DNA of 64,000 nucleotides from Gemmatimonadales bacterium (GTDB lineage Bacteria; Gemmatimonadota; Gemmatimonadetes; Gemmatimonadales; GWC2-71-9): NCBI GenBank assembly GCA_965250155.1, contig OZ252291.1, positions 1,804,024 to 1,868,023 of the forward strand, read 5' to 3'. Shown piece by piece: positions 16,523 to 24,209 of this stretch (position 1 is its first letter; each line of letters starts with the position of its first letter). The notes under the pieces were generated by a model. It saw only the letters and a program-made list of their open reading frames with translations, ran no database searches and was not told where the DNA came from. The position numbers and the translations under genes were made by a program.

Positions 16523-16649
16523 GATCGTGGCCGACATTCGGTCCAAAGTGACTCAGGAGGGCAGAATGTCTTCCGCCGCGATCGCCGAGCAATTTGACCT
16601 GTTGCGTACGATACAACTCGTGGAGTGTGGGTATTACAAGCGGTTGTGA
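16461..16649 (+). CDS. C-terminal continuation of the 16166 gene
   Basis: Removing one T at 16490-16492 joins ..RGKERTS to LAGGEIVTIDEIVADIRSKV...LLRTIQLVECGYYKRL. Confidence 0.45.
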   Translation: MFRVARNEHHLAGGEIVTIDEIVADIRSKVTQEGRMSSAAIAEQFDLLRTIQLVECGYYKRL

Positions 16650-16718
16650 GGAGTGGTCGGGTCTTCGCTTGTGGTGCTCTCGGTGGGAATCTGACAAGCA
16701 GTGGTCGTTTCTCGGTTC

Positions 16719-17012
16719 CTACGTGACAGCTCCCGCGGCCCACCCAGAGTAAAGCTCGATACCGTCAAGATGAAACAGTGCAACGAGGTCGCCCACGCCC
16801 CCTTTCTTGTCGAAGAGTGCCAGAAACGCCTGATAGTCGTCCAGCCAGGAATGCTCTGAGCTGAACGAGTGGACGATCATCACGGAAAAGCGTCTCCATT
16901 GGGACCAGTTGTCGGCTGAATGGCCCAGATGGCGTACGTCATTGGTGGCTGTCCATATACCGTAACTCCCCGTGTTATAGTCACTTGACGAGAACTGCAC
17001 AATATCGTACAT
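16719..17012 (-). CDS. hypothetical protein, divergent from the XRE-ImmA gene
   Basis: 97-aa ORF whose start codon lies inside the operator palindrome. LFDKKGGVGDLVALFHLDG is faintly SUKH/SMI1-like. Weak call. Confidence 0.35.
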   Translation of the reverse strand: MYDIVQFSSSDYNTGSYGIWTATNDVRHLGHSADNWSQWRRFSVMIVHSFSSEHSWLDDYQAFLALFDKKGGVGDLVALFHLDGIELYSGWAAGAVT

Positions 17013-17034
17013 TATAGTGTACGATTATCGTACA
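17004..17034. promoter_or_regulatory. operator-like repeats ATCGTACA-N6-TGTACGAT-T-ATCGTACA
   Basis: Perfect 8-bp inverted repeat (17004-17011 / 17018-17025) plus a third direct copy (17027-17034), in the divergent promoter 40-70 nt upstream of the XRE-domain gene at 17076. Confidence 0.6.
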
Positions 17035-17075
17035 GACATCTCGTATTATCGAAATGTCCTGGCAAGGGGGAAGAG

Positions 17076-18302
17076 ATGGCACCCAAACGTGGCGAAGTGG
17101 CCGGACGGCTACAGCAGGCCCGTGCGGAGGCTGGCCTGTCCCAGGAGCGTGTGGCGGAATGGTTAGGCGTTCGTCGCCCGGCAATTGCGGAGATCGAAAG
17201 TGGTAAGCGAGCCGTGAAGAGCACCGAGCTCGTGAGGCTGGCTGACCTTTATGGGAAAAGCCTCCGGTGGCTGGCCCAGGGAACGGAGAGTGCAGAAGAG
17301 CGGTTGACCGCCGTGCTGTTTCGCACAGGCGCGCAGGAGGATGGCCTATTGAGAATGGAGGTGGCCAAACTGGCACGCCGCTGCCGGTTGTTGGTCGAGA
17401 TCGAAAGCGCCCTTGGGTTGAGGCGCCATCATCGTCTGCAACACTACGTCGATGAAGACGCGGTGCATGACTACTCCTTGGCAATGGAGCACGGTCGAGA
17501 GGTAGCATACTTGGAGCGGACCCGGCTTGGCATCGGTCCCGCGGCACCGATCCGCGACGTTTGGGGAGTCGTCGAAGACGCTGGCCTTCACGTGTTTCCG
17601 CTCCACTTGGGGCGCGACCGAGATCTCGATGGAGTCTTTGCTCGAACGTCGGAGGATCACGCATGGGTCGGCGTAAACGTGGACAAATGGGTGTTTCGTC
17701 AGGTGTTCACCGCAGCGCACGAATACGGCCATGCCCTGATGGATCGGGACATGGTTGGAGAAGGCTGTGTCACGGATCGTGCTTGGAAGCGGCAAGGAGT
17801 GGACATTTACGCGAACCGTGAGCTGAGGGCAAATCAGTTCGCCGCAGTGTTTCTCGTTCCCCGTGAGGCGCTTGTCCGGTATCTGTCGGCTCGAGAAAAG
17901 CTGACACGAGAGCGGGGAAGCGAGCGGGCCCGTGCGCTCACAATCTTCGACATCGTACGGGCACAAGACCATTTCGGCGTGAGTACCGACATGTTCCTTT
18001 GGCGCCTACGAAACGAGAACATGATCGACGCGGCGGAACGGAGCAAGCTTCGAAATGCATTGAATACCATCGGCGTGACCGCTCTGGCGCAGCGCCTTGG
18101 CTACGCATGGAGAGACCGTGCACAACCTTTTGAACGGGTTCAGGAAATCGCGCTTAAAGCTTACGCAAAAAGCGTAATTAGTCTGGGTGTGCTCGCCGAT
18201 GTGTTCGATATGTCCAAAGAACAGATCCACGAGTTCGTGAGTTCACTTGGTATCGTCCAGGAGTTCACAGAAGACGATTCGTTGCTTGGCGCAATAGGTT
18301 GA
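17076..18302 (+). CDS. XRE-family HTH fused to an ImmA/IrrE (COG2856) zinc metallopeptidase domain
   Basis: 408 aa. N-terminal HTH LSQERVAEWLGVRRPAIAEIESGKR and a metallopeptidase HEXXH motif (HEYGHALMD). Confidence 0.8.
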   Translation: MAPKRGEVAGRLQQARAEAGLSQERVAEWLGVRRPAIAEIESGKRAVKSTELVRLADLYGKSLRWLAQGTESAEERLTAVLFRTGAQEDGLLRMEVAKLARRCRLLVEIESALGLRRHHRLQHYVDEDAVHDYSLAMEHGREVAYLERTRLGIGPAAPIRDVWGVVEDAGLHVFPLHLGRDRDLDGVFARTSEDHAWVGVNVDKWVFRQVFTAAHEYGHALMDRDMVGEGCVTDRAWKRQGVDIYANRELRANQFAAVFLVPREALVRYLSAREKLTRERGSERARALTIFDIVRAQDHFGVSTDMFLWRLRNENMIDAAERSKLRNALNTIGVTALAQRLGYAWRDRAQPFERVQEIALKAYAKSVISLGVLADVFDMSKEQIHEFVSSLGIVQEFTEDDSLLGAIG

Positions 18303-18318
18303 GGCGAGGAGGAGGCCG

Positions 18319-18582
18319 TTGGCACCTCGACCATCAACACTTGATGCCTCCTTCCTCCTCACGCTTGGCAAGCTGGGACAGATAGCACTGCTAGAACGAG
18401 CCCGTGCCTTCGAATGGCATCTTACTCCCGTCGTTCGAGACGAATTAAAGAGCGGCAAGACCTCGGACGCGGTGGATCGGGCCGTACTCAGCGGAACGAT
18501 CAATATTGTAACCGTAGATTCGGATGACGATCAGGTTCTGGCGCACTTTGCCGAGTGGAGTCAAGTCGTAGAACCCCGGTGA
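18319..18582 (+). CDS. PIN-domain protein, N-terminal part of an apparently split gene
   Basis: LDASFLLTLGKLGQIALL...LTPVVRDEL is a PIN N-terminal pattern. The frame ends at the C-run 18574-18577. Confidence 0.55.
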   Translation: MAPRPSTLDASFLLTLGKLGQIALLERARAFEWHLTPVVRDELKSGKTSDAVDRAVLSGTINIVTVDSDDDQVLAHFAEWSQVVEPR

Positions 18583-18829
18583 GGCGGAAGCCATCGCGGT
18601 AGCCCTCAGTCGCGACTGGTTGGTCGCCATAGAGGATCGTCAGGCACAGCGACTGTTGGATCGTCGAGTAGGTAAGGGTCGATGGACGAACACGGCGGCG
18701 GTCCTCGTCTCTATGGTCCAATCTGAAGACATATCCGTGGCAGAGGCGGACTCGGTGTTTCAGTCGCTGGATGTATTCCCCGGATATGTAAAGCGTGGTG
18801 TATCGAGCATCGGTGACTTCCTTACATGA
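18578..18829 (+). CDS. PIN-domain protein, C-terminal continuation
   Basis: This frame reads GEAEAIAVALSRDWLVAIEDRQAQRLL...NTAAVLVSMV, the classical GEAEaIalA..D..AR part of DUF3368/PIN proteins. Confidence 0.55.
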   Translation, partial: GEAEAIAVALSRDWLVAIEDRQAQRLLDRRVGKGRWTNTAAVLVSMVQSEDISVAEADSVFQSLDVFPGYVKRGVSSIGDFLT

Positions 18830-18848
18830 GCGTTCCAGGCCGCGTCTT

Positions 18849-20327
18849 TCATCTTCCCGCCAACTCCCGCAGGCGCTCCAGCAACTTCACCGTCGCCCAC
18901 GTATCCCGCTTGCAATACTCCAAGAGATCGTACCGTGTCTTCTCGTGCTGCTCAGGACTCAGCTTCCCCGCCACGAACAGGAGCCGCGCGATCTCGACAC
19001 TAGCAACCATACCGTCCACGATGACCAGGTCGTCGTAGGTGAGTTCCGGTACGAGCGCCGGCAACACCAGCTTGAGACTGAAGCTGCCCTGAAAATCCGG
19101 GTGATACACGTTGTTCCGAATCACAGGCAGCAAATCGATGAGCTTGGACTCCAGCTCCTTCAGTTCCGGTTCGAGTTCGGGCACGGACTTTTGCAGGCTC
19201 TTGATCCGTGTCTTCTCGAATGCGGAGTAGTGTACCACTCGCTCCGCATCGGCAGTGGCCTCGATCATCGCTCGTGCTAGGGCCGGGCGAGCATCGAGGG
19301 GGCCTTCAGCCAGGTGCTCGGCATGGGTGAAACCACCGCTCCCGTCCTCCTGATGGTAGCTAAACTGCGCCGCGGCCTGATGCCAAGGACCGAGCCCATC
19401 CCACACGGGAATGGCGCGTTGAATCGTCTCGAAATCGAGGTGGCCGAGCCGAACGTCAAAGGGTTCCAGGTCCTTGGCCAAGCCGCTCTCGACCACCACC
19501 TCGCCGGACTGCATCGAACGCCTCTGACGTTGGGCCGCAGCGGGAAGTTTCTCATCAGCGGGAAGGTCCGAGATCCATTGGATGCCGCGAGCCATATACC
19601 TGGCCGCTTTGACACCGCCGACGTTGTACAGCTTGATGATGTGGTCGGGCGAGTCCGGCCAGCACCGCCCGACGAACGGACATTCCCTAGGCTCGAAGCA
19701 TTGTGAGCCGATCTCCACGTCGGGGCAGGACCCAGCGAGCATCTCGAGCTGGGCCTCCAGCTCGGCCGGTACGCGTCCCAGCCACTCGTCGACGGGGGTG
19801 GTGACATCGGTGCGGTTGAACAGGTCCCCTTCATCGGGGTGCCGGTACTCCCTGTTGAGATGCATGATCTCGACCGCACGTACGTCGATGCCGCATTGTC
19901 CCAACACGTGTTTCTGGACGGCTGCGTCCGGAATGTGCTCGTCCTTCTGCGACGACGACGATTTGACTTCGATGAGGCGGAATCCCTCATCCAGTCGCTC
20001 CAGCACATCGACGGCCACGAACGTGTTGTCGGCCAGGAAGCTGGCCTCGAAGATGGAGGGCACACCTGCTTCGAGGGCGTCACTCGTCGCCGCGATCTTG
20101 GCGTCCACCTCGCGGTAAGGGAAGTCTATGAGGGTCCCGCCGGGAAACCGGGTCTGGGCCAGCTCTCCCACCTGCTCCCCCTGGTCGAAGCGGTCCTGGA
20201 GTACGATGTCGGGCTGCAGCTCTTTGGCCTGGGGCTCGTGCACCTTCCACCAGAGGAGCTTGTGGCACTGGCAGCCGGTGACGAAGCGGGACTTGGAGAG
20301 CCGGTGGGGGCGGGCGAGTGTGGTCAT
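18849..20327 (-). CDS. DUF2779-type protein (Cas4/RecB-like nuclease N-domain plus RNase H-like C-domain)
   Basis: 492 aa. LSKSRFVTGCQCHKLLWW, IEVKSSS and Cys cluster CFEPRECPFVGRCW in the N-terminal half. LDFETIQRAIPVW and YCKRDTWATVKL in the C-terminal half. Confidence 0.7.
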   Translation of the reverse strand: MTTLARPHRLSKSRFVTGCQCHKLLWWKVHEPQAKELQPDIVLQDRFDQGEQVGELAQTRFPGGTLIDFPYREVDAKIAATSDALEAGVPSIFEASFLADNTFVAVDVLERLDEGFRLIEVKSSSSQKDEHIPDAAVQKHVLGQCGIDVRAVEIMHLNREYRHPDEGDLFNRTDVTTPVDEWLGRVPAELEAQLEMLAGSCPDVEIGSQCFEPRECPFVGRCWPDSPDHIIKLYNVGGVKAARYMARGIQWISDLPADEKLPAAAQRQRRSMQSGEVVVESGLAKDLEPFDVRLGHLDFETIQRAIPVWDGLGPWHQAAAQFSYHQEDGSGGFTHAEHLAEGPLDARPALARAMIEATADAERVVHYSAFEKTRIKSLQKSVPELEPELKELESKLIDLLPVIRNNVYHPDFQGSFSLKLVLPALVPELTYDDLVIVDGMVASVEIARLLFVAGKLSPEQHEKTRYDLLEYCKRDTWATVKLLERLRELAGR

Positions 20328-20457
20328 GAACGGCTTACCAGCATGAGTTTTGAATACAGGCCATCGAATACTCCACCATATAGCGGTTTCGGCCGGTTTG
20401 CTATAGGACTCTGCCTTGTTCCAACTGCTCAGTCTTTGTAGGGTTGATGTTATAAAT

Positions 20458-20485
20458 CCTCGGCTTATATTGATAAATGCCGAGG
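20458..20485. promoter_or_regulatory. inverted repeat CCTCGGC-N14-GCCGAGG overlapping the abiEi RBS
   Basis: ATAAATCCTCGGC..ATAAATGCCGAGG. The 7-bp arms are at 20458-20464 and 20479-20485. GAGGA within the right arm lies 9 nt before the ATG at 20495. Confidence 0.4.
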
Positions 20486-20494
20486 AAATGTAAC

Positions 20495-21106
20495 ATGAAA
20501 TATACGAAAGTTGATGCTAGTAAAGCACTTAAGAGAGTCGCCGATTCCACCGGGGTTTTCCGCCCCCGAGATCTCGCGCGCTATGGCATCCCCCGAACCT
20601 ATCTCCAGCGGTGGGTCCAAGACGGCCTGCTTGAACGGGTAGGGTGGGGGCTATATCGGCTCACCAACCGGGCTCTCTCGGAGCACCAAACCCTGATAGA
20701 GGTGGCCAAACGAGTGCCAAACGGCGTCGTCTGCCTTCTTTCGGCCCTCCAATTCCACGGACTGGGCACACAGCTCCCCTCCCAGGTCTGGATCGCTATT
20801 GATCGAAAAGCTTGGAAGCCCGAGGTGAGGGATCTACCGATCCGAATCGTCCGGTTCTCGGGGCATAGTCTGACCGAGGGAGTCCAAGTGCATCGGCTCG
20901 ATGGCGTGAAGGTCAGCGTTTACGAGCCGGCCAAGACGGTGGCGGATTGTTTTAGGTACCGAAACAAAATTGGGCTCGATGTGGCAATCGAGGCCCTGCG
21001 GGATTGTCGTGACCAACGGCGATGCTCGATAGACGAGATTTGGCGCTATGCCAAGATCGACCGTGTCGCCAACGTGATGCACCCGTACCTGGAGGTACTC
21101 GGGTGA
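20495..21106 (+). CDS. abiEi: AbiEi-family type IV toxin-antitoxin antitoxin
   Basis: VFRPRDLARYGIPRTYLQRWVQDGLLERVGWGLYRL followed by LLSALQFHGL. The stop overlaps the next gene's start (GTGA). An alternative upstream ATG exists at 20477. Confidence 0.8.
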   Translation: MKYTKVDASKALKRVADSTGVFRPRDLARYGIPRTYLQRWVQDGLLERVGWGLYRLTNRALSEHQTLIEVAKRVPNGVVCLLSALQFHGLGTQLPSQVWIAIDRKAWKPEVRDLPIRIVRFSGHSLTEGVQVHRLDGVKVSVYEPAKTVADCFRYRNKIGLDVAIEALRDCRDQRRCSIDEIWRYAKIDRVANVMHPYLEVLG

Positions 21107-22005
21107 ACCAACGACAGGTCCGAAACCAGACTGCGTCCATACGCGACCGGCTGCGCAATCAAGCCCGCGAACGGAACGAAGAGTTTCAACTCATCCTCAC
21201 ACAGTACGCCATCGACCGACTGCTTTACCGTTTGAGTAGTTCGCCGCATGCCGACCGCTTCGTCTTGAAAGGAGCCATGCTCGTCAGCATCTGGGGCGGT
21301 GGCCGTTACCGTGTCACCAGGGATGTCGATTTGCTGAAGTTCGGTTCCAGCGAACTCGACCATATTGAGACCCTGTTTCGCGAGGTGTGCGAAGCTCCCG
21401 TCGACGTCGCGGACGGCATCACCTTCGATCCCGATTCCGTCCGCGCACAGGCGATCCGTGAACCGAACGAGTATGACGGCGTTCGGGTAAAGATGACAGC
21501 ATTTCTCGATAGGGCGCAGATTCTCGTGCAAGTGGATGTTGGGTTCGGGGACGCCATCACCCCATCGTCCGAGGTCATTGAGCTCCCCGGCTTTCTCGAC
21601 CTCCCCCGAACCCGGTTCCGGGCATATCCAACCACCCGCTTCGCGTTCAAGGGTCCTTCCCTCGCCTCGGCGGTGAAGGCGACGTTCGCTTGCAGGCGAA
21701 CAGGGTTGCCGGAGGATACTCCCGCTGGGCTCACCAAGCAGTTTCATGATGATGACGATAGGCGCCGACAGTGGGCCGCCTTTCTCGCTCGGACGCGCCC
21801 GGAGGCGCAACCACCGGGCCTACCAGATGTCGCTGGGTTGATCTGGCGGTTTGTCGGCCCGGCCGTTGCGGCCCTCCGCAACCCATCCGCCGACGCCGGA
21901 TCAGTCTTCAAGAAAAGTTGGCCCGCGGGTGGACCGTGGGAGGACAAAACACGACGCAAGTTTCCGAAAGGGCTTTCGAAGACCACATTGAAGCCGCACT
22001 CCTAG
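21103..22005 (+). CDS. abiEii: AbiEii/AbiGii nucleotidyltransferase toxin, apparently carrying an internal in-frame deletion
   Basis: GTG 21103 in GTGA overlap. SIRDRLRNQARERNEEFQLILTQYAIDRLLYRL, FVLKGAMLV, TRDVDLL and QVDVGFGD are family motifs. The expected ~30 aa between AYP and RFAFKGPSLASAVKATF seem absent. Family-like sequence ends at WPAGGPW (about 21945); the rest is read-through. Confidence 0.7.
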   Translation: MNQRQVRNQTASIRDRLRNQARERNEEFQLILTQYAIDRLLYRLSSSPHADRFVLKGAMLVSIWGGGRYRVTRDVDLLKFGSSELDHIETLFREVCEAPVDVADGITFDPDSVRAQAIREPNEYDGVRVKMTAFLDRAQILVQVDVGFGDAITPSSEVIELPGFLDLPRTRFRAYPTTRFAFKGPSLASAVKATFACRRTGLPEDTPAGLTKQFHDDDDRRRQWAAFLARTRPEAQPPGLPDVAGLIWRFVGPAVAALRNPSADAGSVFKKSWPAGGPWEDKTRRKFPKGLSKTTLKPHS

Positions 22006-22135
22006 CCGGCGGTTACCGATCCCGTTCGTCCGACGATTATGACCGCGCCCTCTGCCTCGACCCGCAGGTCGTAATCGATTTCCTCTACGCAACCCAGCCA
22101 AGACCTGGGTTCGACTCAAGGAGCACCTCAGCCTC
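21951..22135 (+). pseudogene. hsdR: stump of a type I restriction enzyme R subunit (hsdR N-terminus only)
   Basis: TTQVSERAFEDHIEAALLAGGYRSRSSDDYDRALCLDPQVVIDFLYATQP is a typical HsdR N-terminus. There is no ATG. After a 1-nt slip at 22100-22101 it continues TWVRLKEHL, then similarity stops. At most ~60 of ~1000 codons remain. Confidence 0.65.
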
Positions 22136-22237
22136 CCTCCGATCGACCTCCGCCTTTCCCTACCGCTGAGCACCCTTGTCGCCGATCGGCACTCGCAGCG
22201 CCAAGCCCTCGTGGGCCCGGTGCCTTGAAAGGGGGGC

Positions 22238-22429
22238 TACCAGGTTATCCGGAGTCGGCTCACGTTCATCGCGGACAGTGGCGCTGCCGCAACGAGGGAA
22301 CGATAGAGTCGAAGCGGGAGTTGGTGGTGGCGGTGGAGGCGGGGAAATACAACAATGGGAAGAAGCGGTTCGAGTCGGCGAGGTAGGGCGTGGGGAGCCG
22401 GGCCGAACGGTGTCGTTAGCTAACGGATG
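22238..22429 (+). repeat. distal, decayed copy of the 6106-6368 repeat; attR-like
   Basis: Same orientation. It lacks the 70 nt equivalent to 6139-6208 (not a multiple of 3). Weaker similarity continues to about 22475 versus 6369-6455. Confidence 0.9.
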
Positions 22430-22521
22430 AGAAAATTGCGGGATCGCGTACGGCGGCTGGGCCGCCGGTGTTCAAGAGACAGATGAGTGAGTCGTGTAGA
22501 TGGGAAGACCTCTGTCATGGG

Positions 22522-22854
22522 CTAGCTCCCGGGCCTTCTGACTCGCACGAGGATTGCACCCCCACTCATGTCCATCGTCCATTCATCCACTGACCCGGCT
22601 AGTGGGCCGTCGAGTAAACGGCGGATGTGGCCTCGCAGGACTGGGCCGCCGGGTGAGCCGCTGCCCTTACCCGTAATGATAAGCAGGACAGCTCCTGGCT
22701 GGCGACGGCACCATCGTTCCACATAGAAGGTCACCTTCTTCTCCGCCGAGCTCGCGGTTTCTCCGTGCAGATCGAGCTTGTCGTCGACTGTGGCTCCATG
22801 GAGAGTGGCGATAGGATCCGAGGGTTTTGGCTCCGCAAAGCGGCGCCTACCCAT
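22522..22854 (-). CDS. Smr-domain protein
   Basis: 110 aa. LDLHGETASSAEKKVTFYVE...LLIITGKGSGSPGGPVLRGHIRRLL is the Smr (MutS2 C-terminal) signature. Confidence 0.7.
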   Translation of the reverse strand: MGRRRFAEPKPSDPIATLHGATVDDKLDLHGETASSAEKKVTFYVERWCRRQPGAVLLIITGKGSGSPGGPVLRGHIRRLLDGPLAGSVDEWTMDMSGGAILVRVRRPGS

Positions 22855-22986
22855 GGTGCGACCTCCTGTGGCAAGTCATTCTTGTCTCCACAATGCATCA
22901 CGGCATATTTGGTTCGCCGCCAATATCCGTCAGGGGTGTGACACAAGGTGCCGGTGGAGTCCTCCACGACCGTCTCTCGAGGCCGC

Positions 22987-23406
22987 TCATTTCAACCCAA
23001 CGACCCGGAGCCCGCTTGCCTGAGCTGCAGTGCCGAGCGCACGATCGTGCGTCGCCATGATGATCTCCTCCTCGCGCGCCTCTCGCCACATCAGCGCCGT
23101 GGCGAGATGAATCGCATCCAACGTACCAAGCTCCGTGGGGAAGGGCAGAGCGGCTCGGTCGAGCACTACCATCGAGGGTTCGACGACCTCTGTCTCTTCG
23201 ATGATTCGGAAAACAGTTTGCCGTCTCTCGGCGAGGTCTTCATCGGATAAACCAGCCCGAAGTCGAAGCCGGTCCAGCGTGCGCAGGCATTCAACCTGTA
23301 CCAGTGCGCTTGCCACGCCGCGCTCGATCGTCTTCCACGCCCTGAGCTTGTCCCGCTGACCCAAAATGACCCGCAGTACCACAGAAGAATCGAGATAGGC
23401 TATCAC
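22987..23406 (-). CDS. vapC: VapC-type PIN-domain toxin
   Basis: 139 aa. MIAYLDSSVVL at the N-terminus, LDAIHLATAL, THDRAL. 4-nt overlap with the upstream antitoxin gene. Confidence 0.8.
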   Translation of the reverse strand: MIAYLDSSVVLRVILGQRDKLRAWKTIERGVASALVQVECLRTLDRLRLRAGLSDEDLAERRQTVFRIIEETEVVEPSMVVLDRAALPFPTELGTLDAIHLATALMWREAREEEIIMATHDRALGTAAQASGLRVVGLK

Positions 23407-23690
23407 CGCTCCCCCTGTCGCTCCTCCAGCAACAGGTCTACCACGTCCACATCGACACGCACGGGAGCAGGTATGGATACGTCTTGCAGCTTGCGCACGC
23501 GCTTGGCCGGTTCACGTACGCGTAAGGCATCAGTCCCCCCCATCGGAACAACCCGCGCTATCGGCGTGTCACGATCCAAAATCGTCAGCACGTGCCCCCG
23601 CCGCACGTACCGCAAATGCTCGCTCAGCCGGGCCTTCAGCTCGGCAATCCTTACTGTCTTCATGGTCATAATATAGTCATGAGTGGTCAT
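23403..23690 (-). CDS. vapB: Phd/YefM-type antitoxin
   Basis: MKTVRIAELKARLSEHLRYVRRGHVLTILDRDTPIARVVP. The real start may be the internal Met at 23663 or 23669. Confidence 0.7.
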   Translation of the reverse strand: MTTHDYIMTMKTVRIAELKARLSEHLRYVRRGHVLTILDRDTPIARVVPMGGTDALRVREPAKRVRKLQDVSIPAPVRVDVDVVDLLLEERQGER

Positions 23691-24089
23691 ATTGCCAATG
23701 GCGGGCCAAAAGCGGCGGTGCCCTCATCAGGGCACGACTCCCAAATCGGCCGGCCCCAGTTCTCCCCTCCTACAGCCGAAACTCGATGAAGCGGTCGAAC
23801 AGCGGTGTCTTCCGCACCCGAGACTGCTGCGATTTGTCGGAACCGGGGTGCTCACTGGCATTGATGGGGTTCAGCAGATCGCGACCCAACACGGCTCGGC
23901 GTCCCCCCTCGAGCCTTTACATTCCCCCCCCCATCCCGCCCCCGCCACTCCTCCAACACCTCCGCCGCCTCCCGCATTCCAACTTCCCGCCGATCGGTCT
24001 CCGCCTGGCCCCACTGCGGTGCACCCGTATACCCGATCGGCACTCGCGGTAGCAGCCGGGATCCCCGGCTACCCCCTATCCCGATCGTT

Positions 24090-24107
24090 GTGTGCCAATA
24101 GTGTGCC
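24090..24107. promoter_or_regulatory. second copy of the GTGTGCCAATAGTGTGCC motif
   Basis: 18/18 identical to 6618-6635. It lies about 100 nt upstream of the K+ channel start codon. Confidence 0.45.
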
Positions 24108-24209
24108 CAACTCTGCCGAGAGTGTTTCCGTGCTAAGAGGCGCTTCCCCAAGAGCCGACTGGCCCAGCGGTCGCCACCGCACGCTTCCAGCACGTATTAA
24201 TATACGTGC

